From Spizellomyces punctatus DAOM BR117 (taxonomy: Eukaryota): DNA of 64,000 nt. The DNA lies in the NCBI GenBank assembly GCA_000182565.2, contig KQ257452.1; one strand, written 5' to 3'. The position numbers and the translations under genes are program-made. Under the pieces are notes generated by a model. The model did no database searches and had not been told where the DNA came from. It saw nothing but the letters and a program-made list of their open reading frames with translations. Within the stretch, counting starts at the first letter, position 1; each line of letters begins with the position of its first letter. This document shows, piece after piece, positions 1-12,001 of this stretch.

Positions 1-1557
1 GGTGAAGCGCAGCTCCAATTGCTCGTAGTCGTTTGCAGTTGTGTGTGCGTGTATGTGTGTAATTAAGAGTATTGCAATGCTTCCGATAGTTTCGTATTGC
101 GTAGATTCTATAGGTAAAACATGTAAAGAAAGGTGAGCCGGAACTGATGCGACGCGTAGGGATTTTTGACAGCCGACACCATTCTTATAATCATGAAACG
201 GGTCCATAGCCTAATCTCATCATCCAATAACAAATCCCCCAAAATAGCGAGAGAGAAAGAATAGTAGGAGCTATTTCTTGTCTCCCTTCCAAGTTGCATA
301 GCTATTGCGCTCCATTTCCTGACGAGGCCCTCAAAGGGCGTGGCGTCCCTACGCCAAAATGCGGGCGTATCACAAAAACAGCTCCTACTCCACCCCTGCT
401 CCCCCCAACTGTCCAATATCTCTTTATCGTTTTGCATATCTAGGTATCAGGTATAGCATATACCTGGTTACCGCAGTTTATCCGGTCGTGTTGCGCAGTT
501 GAGGAACAAGCACAGAGAGAGACACGGAAAGAGTGTGCGGGCTCGAGACAGGCAATGCGAGAAACTGCGAGAGCAATATACACACCGAGCATGCCCGATT
601 CTTGTGCAAAACGCTACGAGTTGCCCTTTTTTATCCCTTCCAATTCCTCCATCCCGGCTTTTTGTAGTTGCCCAACAGATTACAGTACCGATAACCCAAA
701 CACTTTAGGCCCTTTTTTTGCGAATATCACACGAGCGACATTTGCATCACATATCACTCTCGTACGTCATACACAATGTACAAAAGGAGCGGAACTCCCC
801 TGGACGGTCCCTTTATTCCCCCCTCACCGGAGCGTGGCCACCGTGATTGCACACGACCAGCCGCACCAACCATTGCCAACAAAACCTACCTTTTACTCTT
901 GTTGTCCTCGTCCTCGTCGTCGTCGTGGTCGTCGTGATCGTTTCGTACGGAAGGCGCGTGTGGGGAAAAAAGTGTGAAATTCCTATTTAAACTGTTTCGC
1001 CCTCGTCAAGCGACGGGAAGCCAAACACGCGGATAAAATTACAAGCTTTTTGCTTTTGGGATGCAAATTGCATTTGAACCACTTTCACATATACAGATAT
1101 GGAGGGCATGGATTCAATTGGAATGTGGATTGTGAAATTTATGTTGCTTTTTTTATTTTTACTATTGCAATTTTTATTTTAGATACAACCTCGGTCAGGG
1201 ACTTGGGGGATGGTGTGACGCTGTCACCATGCTTGCCCTATTCACATGCTTATGTCCCCAACCGATTGTATTTTTACCCGTTGTGTTCCATCTTGATGGA
1301 CCCTTTTGCATTCGAGTGTGGCGATCGTGTTGGCGACGTACCAAGGGGTGTTGGCACCCGTGGCAAAGGGTGGAAGCCAATCAGATGCCTGGAGGGTGTG
1401 TGGGATGGATACTGATGTGGTGCATTCGAATGCAAAGAAGGAGGGGTCTACCATGGACTGCAGGGGTTTTGTGTGTTGCAGACTTGACACGGTGTCTCTC
1501 TAAAACCTCCGAATTTCCAATTGTTTGGCTACACGGACATGTGACAGAGCGTGTCCA
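1..1557. repeat. Apparently identical copy of 37513-39069 (SFP1 upstream region), ending at an N gap
   Basis: Same sequence and identical ORF translations at a constant offset of 37512; abuts the gap at 1558-1657. Confidence 0.95.
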
Positions 1558-1657
1558 NNNNNNNNNNNNNNNNNNNNNNNNNNNNNNNNNNNNNNNNNNN
1601 NNNNNNNNNNNNNNNNNNNNNNNNNNNNNNNNNNNNNNNNNNNNNNNNNNNNNNNNN
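1558..1657. other. Assembly gap (100 N)
   Basis: Run of N. Confidence 1.
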
Positions 1658-2233
1658 CATCATGTACTCTCTCACACCCGACCGACACCAACATGCCTCT
1701 TCCTGTCGCTTCAATACCTCTCTGCATTCGCATACGCACAGCCAAAACACTCTAGCAACGGGTCATCGCTGACCCCGTTGTTCCTCTTCACGTCGGCTCT
1801 ATCACTTGCCGATTCGTTCCTCAATGACTCGCCGCTAACATTGGCCCAATACGAACAAGCAAGCGGGTTGTCACGAATAAAAATTGCGAAAACCCGAACA
1901 ATGATCTGCGAAACACTGGAATGGAGGTTGGCCGTACCAGAGCAAGTCTTTGTCCGCTGGACAGCATTTTTAAAGACATTGATGAGAAGACCGCATGTGA
2001 TGCATCATAACAAGGTTACAAGACGGCGAGCGTCCTCTCCCGCCGTGTTGCGACAGGATCGGCCAATGAGCGGCAGAAAGGATGTGGAGCAGTGGGCGAG
2101 AGATTTTGTATATAAGGGAGTGATGCGTGCTGTTGGCAGCAGTGACCCTAGTGAGAACGCTAATATTATGGACAATTGTCACCAAGATGCGAATGATGTG
2201 GACACTGTTAGCAGTATAGCTGGCGTAATATAG
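1658..2233 (+). CDS. Pcl/Pho80-family cyclin-like protein, 3' part (5' end lost in gap)
   Basis: LFTSALSLADSFLND...SGLS...LEWRLAV...W resembles the C-terminal half of the Pho80/Pcl cyclin box. Confidence 0.6.
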   Translation, partial: HHVLSHTRPTPTCLFLSLQYLSAFAYAQPKHSSNGSSLTPLFLFTSALSLADSFLNDSPLTLAQYEQASGLSRIKIAKTRTMICETLEWRLAVPEQVFVRWTAFLKTLMRRPHVMHHNKVTRRRASSPAVLRQDRPMSGRKDVEQWARDFVYKGVMRAVGSSDPSENANIMDNCHQDANDVDTVSSIAGVI

Positions 2234-2483
2234 TGTTTCCTAGTGTAGTAATAGTCTAGGTGGTTTGTACAAATGATGGGTACTGGGCGTTCGTAAATAT
2301 CTAATATACGCCGTCGAATACATGCCTGGGTGCATGTGAAGCATCAACTTGAACAGAAAGGACCAGAGGCACATTGTCTGACAGAGTTCGCATATAATGG
2401 AATGTGTTGATTCCGCATACGTGAAGATGAATAAAGAAATTGCATTAATCTACAAATGCCAGTGAACGTGCCTATGAAAATGC

Positions 2484-3746
2484 CTATGAGAGAGTCTCGA
2501 CTGCTGAAATCAGCGACTGATAATCAAATCCGGCTGGATTCTTATGGAACGTCTCCACCAAATCCTTCTTGGCTTGAGATCCCGTCACATAAAAGATTTG
2601 CATCTGGTATACCAAGTTTTGCGCTTCCTGCAAAGTGAGGATTTTGCGATCGGGATCGCCAAGCTCACCAACCATGAGGACAATGTCTTTCTCATCTGCG
2701 AGCTCGACGTAGTGTGTCAGGACGAGATGGGGTCGAGCATTTTCTCGGTGCGTCTTGTATTCTAAAGTGTCGGTCCCTTTAGTGCCCATGCGGCTCCACA
2801 GGCCAAAACGGTAAAGCATACCTAATAGAGGTGTAAAGTAGATTTGATGACCGGAAAACTGAAGAAGAAAGAACTCGTAACCTTCGTTACGTGGAAGGGG
2901 TAAAAGGAACTGAATAGACATGGATGAGCTGCTCAATTCAAATGATCTACAAATGATAGCGCCAATCATACCATCGGGAACTTCTTGGCTTGGTCAAGCA
3001 GGCTCTGGTAGAAGCTTGACGGCATAGCACCACTCAAGCATTGTCTTGACGAGTGATACTCGTTCCAAATGTTGGCAATCTGGTCTGACGACTCTTGCTT
3101 GAGGCGCTCCACATCCACAATCTTTTCCAAGCTCTGACGATATGAATCCAAGTCGATCAGCTACATGCTAAGACGGTCACGTATCCAAGGCCATTATACC
3201 TTGACATGCGAGGGTAATCCATCAGCGCGAGGAGCTAGCCCCTTGACCGATTTGCCCGTCTTCGTTTCATCTGGCTTGTCATCCTTATTCTCATTGGACG
3301 GTTCTGGAGGAGGTGCAGAGCGCTTTCGCTGGATAAGTTCGTCTACCGATTTAGCCCCTTCGCTTGAGTCTCGGTCAGAAAATGTTTCAAGGTTCTGGGT
3401 AGTCAATTCAAACCCCACACCTCTGAACCGCTTTCTTGAGCTTGTCCGCATACTTTTTGCGATACTCGTTCGCGACATCATCAGGACTCAATACAGCAGA
3501 TAGTAGTCCGTCCCATATCGATCTCAGTGCAGTCGGAGGAGCTTTCGTGGCAGGAGCATTGTGAAGGAGGTGGTGAAATTCTGGGAGGTAGATCATTCTG
3601 ATCAGTATACGAAAAGAGCACTATGTGATGGAATTTGTCGTACCAGGAGCGAGAGTAGCAAAAGGTCTCGCCAACGGTCGCCAAAGACCAAAGGACGAGC
3701 CCCCTGCATGTGTCGTTAACCGTAATGAATGCCTGCTGATGGACAT
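2484..3746 (-). CDS. ATP11: Mitochondrial F1-ATPase assembly factor Atp11 (multi-exon)
   Basis: Arg-rich presequence MSISRHSLRL; IWNEYH, FLLPLPR.EGYEFFLLQF, FTPL.EYK, LTHY.EL..KDIVLMVGE and FH..P..FDY motifs; GT-AG introns. Confidence 0.9.
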
Positions 3747-4070
3747 GTTTGAAAACTTCAAAATCCTAAAGTCAAATTCCGTCCGAAAGAACTCTAAAGT
3801 CATGTGACATGTCACCCCGCCCAAAAACCAAACCACGTTTTTCCTTTCCGTCTAGACCTTCCTTCTGCCACGGCCACTCCTTCTGTTTTTTAGACTCGAT
3901 GCTTTTGGTACTCTTTCATCCCCCCACGTCTTTCTCGCCTTTTGTTTTGGGTTTATTTTCCTACCTTTGTTTATTATTCTTTGTTTTCTCGGGGAATTGG
4001 GTTTGGAGCCCATAGTCGTGAAAGAGCAGTTTTTAACAATATATCACTGGAGACGGAGACACTGTAAAGG

Positions 4071-5561
4071 ATGCCCGCGGGACGGACACCCAGGGAGAGC
4101 ATGAGTGCCACCGAGGATGAAGATGACGACCATGTCTTTGCATTTGACAAGGATGAAACATTCCGACGAAAAGGACCATGCAATGACTCGGCTTGTGAGG
4201 ACTTGAGTGGAATAGACTCTGATGGTATGTGTTCATTAGTGGGCTGTGCTGGCCAGGGCGAATTTTGGGCTGATGTATGGTCGTCTATAGCTTCTTCCAG
4301 TACGGTGCGGTGGCGACCGCCTGTCCCCAATGGTCAATCAAACCTAAACCCAGCCGTCCGCAAGAAGAGCACAACAATTGCCGAAACCCCAAGCAGTATA
4401 CTACCCTCTTCGCCCTCTGAGGAAGACACCGCATCAACTTTAGAACCGCGTCTCTCCTTTGCAGAACCTGCCGATGTCTCCCAAGTCGTTGATATTCACA
4501 ATTTCACAGCAATTACGTCTGCAGATACGCCCAACTCTGTTTATCGGCGGAAAGTAGGACTTTCTGACTTTGATGTTGTCAGTGTTATTGGAAAAGGGGC
4601 GTACGGAAAGGTGTTTTTGGTTCGCAAGAAAGGTGGCTTACATGCCACGCAAGGCAAGAGCGATCTCTACGCAATGAAAGTATTGCGAAAGGCTTCGATT
4701 GTTCTCCACGGTAAAGATGCGGAGCACACTCGGAATGAGCGAAATATTTTGGAAGAAGTTCAGCACCCCTTCATTGTCACACTTCACTACGCCTTCCAAA
4801 CTGAATTCAAGTTGTACCTGATTTTGAGTTATGCATCGGGAGGCGAACTCTTCACGTACTTGGCCCATGAAAAGATGTTTGCCGAAGATGTAGCGTGCTT
4901 TTACATTGCGGAGCTCTTACTTGCCATCGAGCATCTCCACGAACTCGGTATCATCTACCGAGACCTCAAACCCGAAAATGTTCTCCTCAACTCCACCGGC
5001 CACGTCCTGTTGACTGATTTCGGGCTCTCTAAAGTTGCGTTGGATGCGCGGACCGTATGCGGCACCATTGAGTTTATGGCACCCGAAGTATTGGACGAGC
5101 ACCGACAGGAGGGATACGACAAAGCCGTCGATTATTGGAGTCTGGGCGTGATGTTGTATGATATGTTGACGGGATCTGTGCCATGGAAGGGCAATCGCAA
5201 GCAAATCATGGACGGAATCTTAAAGAAGAAAGTAACCTGCCCGAAATACATGACTGCCCATGCACGCGATCTTTGCACGAAGCTCCTGCAAAAGAACCCT
5301 GGAAAGCGACTCGGAAGCGGTCCAAAAGGCCCTGCTCAGGCCAAAGAACACCTTTTCTTTCGCCGGAATAAACTAGACTGGCAAAAATTGGCTAAATTGG
5401 AAGTTGCTCCGCCACTTGTGCCCAAAATGTTGGATCCAGAGGATACCTCAAACTTCGATGAGTGCTTTACCAAGATGCCCGTAGCGGATTCGCCTTCTGA
5501 AGCTGCGTTTGATCATTTTGCAGGATTTAGTTATGTGGCCGAGAGTGCTTATCTCGGATAG
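4071..5561 (+). CDS. AGC kinase, p70 S6K / Psk1 / Ypk3 type
   Basis: GKGAYGKV, YAMKVL, YRDLKPEN, DFG, CGTIEFMAPE; C-terminal hydrophobic motif FAGFSYVA; N-terminal TOS-like VFAFD; probable 66-nt intron at 4225-4290. Confidence 0.92.
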   Translation: MPAGRTPRESMSATEDEDDDHVFAFDKDETFRRKGPCNDSACEDLSGIDSDGMCSLVGCAGQGEFWADVWSSIASSSTVRWRPPVPNGQSNLNPAVRKKSTTIAETPSSILPSSPSEEDTASTLEPRLSFAEPADVSQVVDIHNFTAITSADTPNSVYRRKVGLSDFDVVSVIGKGAYGKVFLVRKKGGLHATQGKSDLYAMKVLRKASIVLHGKDAEHTRNERNILEEVQHPFIVTLHYAFQTEFKLYLILSYASGGELFTYLAHEKMFAEDVACFYIAELLLAIEHLHELGIIYRDLKPENVLLNSTGHVLLTDFGLSKVALDARTVCGTIEFMAPEVLDEHRQEGYDKAVDYWSLGVMLYDMLTGSVPWKGNRKQIMDGILKKKVTCPKYMTAHARDLCTKLLQKNPGKRLGSGPKGPAQAKEHLFFRRNKLDWQKLAKLEVAPPLVPKMLDPEDTSNFDECFTKMPVADSPSEAAFDHFAGFSYVAESAYLG

Positions 5562-6552
5562 TTTGTTTTTGGTGGGCATTCGTTTTTGTTCAGTTGTAAA
5601 GGACTGCGAATACGCAGTGTACATAAGGTCGTAATCATAATATATTCTCGAATGGATCAATTTGGGACTGATTTTGAGGGGAAATTGGTGCATGGAAATA
5701 CCTGGAGGTGACCGCTCGAAAAGCTCAGCGGCCAGAATCGAAAACTCGCCATTCTTGGCATACCTTGTAAAGTTACGATTTGCCTCACCGAACTTTGTTA
5801 GGGAGGACAAAAGCCCAAAGAGTTAAAAGATCGTCACCGCCCGAATCCCTTACCAAGTTTTTAGGTTTCCCTGATACCTGGGCAATGTACTCCAAATTAT
5901 GCAAGCCCTCCGAAAGCCCAGTCGCCTGTGACCTTCTTTATTAGCATCTTTTCCCTGACAAACACACAGCCTATTGTTTCAAATCCCATCGTACAGATAT
6001 CAATGCTGTGCCTTTTCCCGCTTGACCAAGCATATCGACCAAGGGTTAAAATCTTTCAAGCACCTTCTTTAGAATCGGGCTCTTAACACTGCTACCAGAG
6101 TTAGGAAGCTGCTGGTTATGACTGCCATGTTTTGGATGGGTTTGCGTGAATTTGGGCTTTTCGTCTGTGTATTCCTCAGTTATGGTATTCCCCAGTTAGG
6201 TGTTTGTGAGGATTCCATCTACCGTCATATTCGACCCGCGGCTCACCATCTCATCATCTCGTGGAACATTGCAAACAAAGAGCAAGAATATAGATGGTTT
6301 GATTATTCGTAAACCAATGAGGGTTGGCAGCAAAGTTATATTTGATTTCCATTCAGCGGCACTATTCACATACAAAAACGTATACCAACAGTACAAACTT
6401 TGCAACATATAGTGTCCAGGAAGGTAAAACAAAACTAGCAAAAAAACATTGACACATCCCCTCGCTTTTTGGAGGGACGCAAAATGTGCTCATGCACAAC
6501 GCAACCATACCATGCACCAACCAACAAACTCGAGGGTCGCTACAATTCTTTT

Positions 6553-8281
6553 TTAATTCCCAGTACCTCCACCGTTTGCATTCCCGTTTCCATTTGCATT
6601 TCCATTTCCATTGGTATTCCCATTGCCAGCAGTCAAAACTCTCTTTACAGCCCCCTCAACAGTCTCACCCTTATCCACAAAAAATAATTTCGCTAATCCA
6701 CTCCCAATTTTTGCACAACGTCCCAAATTCAGAGCTCGCAACTCCTTCCATCCCAGGCACACATTGACAACTTCCTCTGTTACCCATTCGCATCCCCGCA
6801 AATCAATACTCACAATCCGGGGACACACTTTGACGAGACGCTCGAGTGCCGTTGTCGGTGTGATTGGAATTCGGGTTAGGTATGGTTGAGGCGTGTATTG
6901 AACGGTGGACAGGTATTCATTTGTCTCCTTTATCAGCGTGTCGGGGAGGATAGGACAGTTGGAGAGAGACACGTGAAGGAGGTTTGGACAGTTTATAGCG
7001 AGGGATATTAAGGATGACGATTGTATTTGCAGTCGGGGAGACTTTTTTATGTCTTTTGCCGGGGTGCTGGGTATTGTGTCGGTTTGGTGAACCCGTAGGT
7101 GATGGAGGATATGGGGTGGAATTGGTGGATTATGTCCAGGTTGGAAGGCGAGGGTGGAGCCGGGATGGTGGAGATGATGTACAAGAGGGTGTTGATGCAC
7201 GGCGGTAGGAGGCTGGTTTAAATAGTTCCAGACAACCGTGTGGTGAGGTGGTGCGGCCGTAGGTGGCTCTGGTGGGACCGTCGTAATTCCTTGTCCATCA
7301 GCACTCCCCCCCACATGACTCTCCGCATACCCCCACTGGCTACCATTCACCAACATGGTAACTGGCGGTAAAATCGTCGACAGAATATCAGGTTCGTTAT
7401 CTTCAGAAACAATACTATATCCATCATCTTCTACGCCGATCTGGTTGTTGTTTCCAGCTTCCCCTGTCTGAACAATCAGCTCAATGGTGCTCGTAGCCGC
7501 CGAGGAATAAATTGGAACGACGCGAGACGACCGCGCATTGCTGTTACTGGAATTAGATTTTGTTTCTGGTGAGGATAAATCAATCATCTGGAAAAGCAGC
7601 AAGTGTCAACATCATATCGCGCATGAGTATACATACAACATAATTGGAAATATAGGGCACTACAGCCGATAGTTACATACCTGAACAAATGTTCCCAGCG
7701 GACGAGTATTCTGATGGCGAATCAACGTTTGAATAAATTGTGCCCAGTTGAAGGTGGACTTGAATTTGGGATATCTAATGCAGGAAGGAAACCATATTTA
7801 ACACCAGGTTAACATTCTGTTCATCTGCAAACAGGGAAAGTCCTTCCCAACTTGCCTGTATAATAAAGGCGTCGCGCAAATGTTGAATGCGCGACAAACA
7901 AGCGCAATTCGTGCCAGGGTGGACTGATCGTGAATGTCTGTGTCAAAAGTCAAAGAGCGTATGAGCCACCCTTCATAACCTACACCACCCCTTTCGCCCT
8001 CTACTTTTCTTGAACACATGCGGAAACTCACAATAAAAGACCATCGAAATCAGTTCATGTGGCAGAGCAGCCACAGGACTCTCAGCCATTCTCTTCAGCT
8101 TGGCCTGTGCAGACTCTCTTTCTCGGTCGCAAAGCTCCTTCAATAACGGTCTCTCGACGTGCACATGGCCCGGCACGGAATCAATCACTGTCACTTTCTG
8201 CTCGCAAACTGTCAGCATTTTCTTGCTTGGCGAGCAGGGGCGGATGACCTCTTCGGAGGGACGTTTTTTGGGTGTGTGCAT
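6553..8281 (-). CDS. F-box / leucine-rich-repeat protein (multi-exon)
   Basis: F-box-like LPHELISMVF...LARIALVCRAF...ATPLLY; LRR-like CPNLLHVSLSNC, CPRIVSIDLRGC and LRALNLGRC; Gly/Asn tail. Confidence 0.8.
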
Positions 8282-8751
8282 GTGATGTCTGAGTGGCCCA
8301 ATCTCCGTCGTTGGAGGCAAGTAGAAAAGTGTTGCAAAATGGGTTTTCAAGGTGACTTGTCCTCCACCGATCGTGGAGGTTGGTGAAGTGGTCTCTGCGC
8401 ACTTTCAACTTCCTTTGTAAATAGCAGCCTCTGAGCACGTGTACGGCCAAGGATGGCACAGTCATGGATACTATTGAAGGTCTTTTCTGCTCTTCCTTTT
8501 TGTTTTTATTTTTAAAGGCCTATAACGAAAGCCTACATGCTTCCATCAGAATACCCCACAGTTCAACTCTCCACATCGTTTAATCCCAAAAGACTTGCAG
8601 TTGTAAATAATTGTATTGGACATGACTCAGGACACCAGCTCAGAGCACATCAACGCTTCTCTATCCGATATAATACTCGTTTCTCGACGACAGGACAACA
8701 CACTAATATATACAAGAAATCACCAAAAGTAAGATGTGGGGTCCGTACATT

Positions 8752-9677
8752 TTACTTCATGCAAGGAAAACGTTCAAAAAGGTCTGGAGGAACCGTCCAA
8801 TCGGCGGGGTCCCACGGATTGCCGTGACAAACCGCTCGCCGCACTAATTCATCACACAAGGCAGCAAGATCAATGTGTCGACCGTATTTGAGGATTTTCT
8901 CGCGAAGAACGAAACAAGGCATAGTCTCGGCACAGTTTTCAACGGCTGCAGGTGGCTCTAAGGTGGTAGAGAAGGGGTTCTTTGCAGGAGGGCAGCAGCT
9001 TTTGATGGGAGGGCAAGGATCGGGTGTGGGGAGGTGAGATATATGGGCGGTAATGACCGAAGACTCCTCAGCATTGGGTGTTTTGGGATTATCGTCCCAT
9101 TCTGATTGAATCGCCGGAAGGAATGTATCCTCGCCTCCCTCTTGAAAGCTTTCGTCCTCTGTATCATCTTCAGTCTGTGTTACGTCCATTGGAACTGGAG
9201 AGTAAGTCTTTACATTTGCTGGCTCAGCAAATACTTTCTCTTGACGAATGACTGGGCGAGCCTGTAACTCCGCTAATGCCTTTGCCGCAATCATCACGGC
9301 GTCGTGCGAGTGAGCATCCGCCATCTCCTGCGCAACCTCAGGAAGCCACGAGCTAAAGGTAAGAGCCAGAAGCTGTTGTAGCTGCCGGTTCTCTTGACGC
9401 AATTGCGCCCGTTCCTGACCAAGAGACGAGACCTGAGAGCGGAGAGAACGTAATTCGTTCTGGAGCTCAAAGGCCTGCTGTGCGCGTCGCTCTACATGAA
9501 GGAAAGCATGAATTTCGCGCACATGGTGGAAACCAAACCGAAAAACACGCTACCTCGCAATGCCTTTTGAGCCTGCCTGTTCTTCTCTTTCCTATGCGCA
9601 ACCATGTCCGTTATGAAGGGATTCGGCTTGGCACCTGGCTTCTTGCGCATTGGCCCAACAGAGTCCATATTGGTCAT
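8752..9677 (-). CDS. Yap/AP-1-like bZIP transcription factor with C-terminal Cys-rich domain (2 exons, intron 9492-9553)
   Basis: Splicing joins RKKPGAKP...RKEKNRQAQKALR to ERR and a leucine zipper; C-terminal IDLAALCDELVRRAVCHGNPWDP. Confidence 0.85.
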
Positions 9678-9797
9678 TCGCAAAGACGAAGAGGCGACTG
9701 TCCGTCGTTGGCGCAAGAAGAAAAAAAAAACAAGCTCAAAGGAAGAGCGAGAGCAAAAAGGAACGAGACACCTCTCCCAACACACGTCGCCAAATTT

Positions 9798-9877
9798 CTT
9801 CAAGCAAGGGATTAGTGTATTGGTTAATACACCAATGTGGATTGAACCACTGGACTGGCGACAACCAGCCCGGAAAA
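9798..9877 (-). ncRNA. Putative Fanzor omegaRNA, copy A: scaffold 9877-9813 plus about 15-nt guide AUCCCUUGCUUGAAG
   Basis: UUUUCCG-[GGCUGG UUGUCG CCAGUC]...GGUUCAAUCC...[UGGUGUAUU AACC AAUACACUA]; homologous to copy B with compensatory stem changes; matches the recalled SpuFz1 scaffold. Confidence 0.7.
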
Positions 9878-10410
9878 GCTAACTAGCTAACGAACTCCTT
9901 ACAAGTAACAAACTACTACTAGGCCCAATTACACATGCAATACATTACGGTTGTTCTAACCGGGTAACTAGCGCCCACCACCACGAGAGAAATCCTACTC
10001 GCCCTTTGATTCCGAAATTCTTGGAGGATGTTTCAGATACCAAGGTAGATCAGAATTAGACTGGGAATATGCGCGTGGGAAAAATCATCAAGATATACCT
10101 GCGATCATAGCGATATAGTAGTAGCAGCATTTGCAAGGGGTTATGTTGTATTTGTCGGGCGGACGAGGTCCTCGGCACCAGAGCAGGATTCTCATGATGG
10201 ACTTGAGAGTTGAGTGCTGGCAGATGCTTGCGAGTCGAGGGTAAAGAAACAAGAGGGAAGAAGAAGAGGGGGGGTTTATATAGAAAAAAGAGCAGATATA
10301 TTGAGTCATGCATGTATGCAGGTGGCAACTGCAGAATATTCCTCTCATAGATGGCCGCAAAGGGATAGTAATTGCCAATCATTCATTGCAGGTATTGGAC
10401 CCGTTTTTTG
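9813..10410 (-). mobile_element. Degenerate Fanzor ghost-derived locus, copy A, without intact TIRs
   Basis: Collinear conserved blocks shared with 26707-27501: TATA, 5' leader, 28-nt block, three-way junction, scaffold. Upper boundary approximate. Confidence 0.6.
10088..10195 (-). CDS. Candidate micro-ORF MRILLWCRGPRPPDKYNITPCKCCYYYIAMIAGIS
   Basis: Downstream of CTATATAAA (10283-10275); shares WCRGPRPPD and YYY with the copy B ORF. Confidence 0.4.
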   Translation of the reverse strand: MRILLWCRGPRPPDKYNITPCKCCYYYIAMIAGIS

Positions 10411-10683
10411 TTTATCTTCGTGAGGATGATGTCACAATAAATGTGGTTAATTCAACCTGGCTGCAATGCTTGCTGATGTGGGAGGGATTATGTTGCACTG
10501 AAGATGTTTGATTGGTTGAATTTGGCAAGCATATCACGTGTATTAGGTAATCACTCGGCGACGCTCGGCCTCTGGTTGCTAGGTTACTCACGTGATACCC
10601 TGTCGTGGCTGCTGTTGAAGGTCCTTCTCCGAGGTGGAAATTGGGCAATCGTTTTCCTCATCCATCACCCACATCCGCTAGCA

Positions 10684-11131
10684 ATGTCTGACGACTGGAA
10701 CCCCTCTGAAGACCCCAAGCCCCAGATTGAAGCCGGTATGTCATTTGTGCTTGTTTTGCGCAGGTGATTAGATTGTAGCATATTCACTCAATGCTAAATC
10801 TCGTCCGTTTTGGCAGACTGTGCTGAGGGTCACCATTGCCACAGCCTAAAGGCAAAACTCGACGCGTGTACTGCACGAGTGGAAGGCGGGGATGCTGGAG
10901 AAGAGACCTGCGTTGAAGAGTTCTTTGACTTGATGGTAAGCCTCCATTTCCAGCCCCTACTACAGTGTCGTGTTTGACATGTGTTCCTTTCTCTTGTGTA
11001 GGAGTGCGTCAACCACTGCGTAAGTCTGAAGATCATGGCAATCCCCTTCATAGTCAGATTTGACTGGTATCTAACTTGAGAAATTTGGAAACTTTTAGGC
11101 TGCGGACAAACTCTTTGCAAAGATGAAGTAG
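10684..11131 (+). CDS. QCR6: Cytochrome bc1 complex hinge subunit (Qcr6/UQCRH), 4 exons
   Basis: Spliced product EDPKPQIEADCAEGHHC...LDACTARV...EETCVEEFFDLMECVNHCAADKLFAKMK. Confidence 0.92.
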
Positions 11132-12001
11132 AGGAACAGTTGGCGAAGGGGAATGTTGCGGGTAGACTAATATATATCGATTTAATCCTGCGAATGGATC
11201 TGGTTGCGATTCTCCGTGGACTTTTGGATGATGAATTTTTGTGGGCCTTTTTTTTGCCTGTTGAGATGCCCCTCTGATGTGACATGGGTTCGGACGGCAA
11301 GATGATGCACCTCTTCCTTGAACCGGTTTCGTGAGGAAAAGTCGAAGCCGAGCACTAATGCATGAATACCACATGGCACAACTAAACAGTATGCAGCTCC
11401 ATAACACGGTGAAGCAACCCCATATGCAGATTACAGGGAGCGTAAAGACATATGAAAGTGCAAAACGGGGTTTCCCTCGCCATTTGCATTCATGTAAAGG
11501 ACCCATCTTCTGATGTTCGGGTTCCATGAGCCCAAGTTCTCCTTGTGCTGGAGACATCTCACCTTTCTTTTACATTTTCATCTGCCATTTAACTTCGTGA
11601 TGCTTTATAAAATTCAATGTTCTGAATGCCTTAATGGCACCCAGGTTACTACCAGAAGTTAATGGAAACCATCTTGTGCTCACAGATTTCATAAGTTACT
11701 TTTGTGTATATCCAGTGGCTCTGCAACAGCAAAAGTAGGTCCAACTCTGGTGCTATCGCTTTACTTTTTGTCGGGCAGCTGCTCCATGCTGCGACACTCG
11801 ACAGAGCCAACCTGACGTTCCTTACGCGTCACCAGGCGGAACGTCGGACCACCCAAATGGCCGACTTTGATATCCCAACCTGTTTGTCAGCGTTCGATTT
11901 TCGAAAACACTTTTGATCGACTGAATAGTTTTATTCATATAATCGACGAACAGACGAACAGATCTGTGGTCAAGCGACAAGCAAGGATTATGACGGGGAC
12001 T

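Noticed and set aside
108-1503. ORFs in the duplicated segment
   Set aside because: No recognisable domains; low-complexity, promoter-like sequence upstream of SFP1.
10088-10108. Resemblance of the MIAGIS ending to the mammalian AdoMetDC uORF MAGDIS
   Set aside because: Not conserved in copy B, overlaps a probable splice donor, and there is no AdoMetDC gene downstream.
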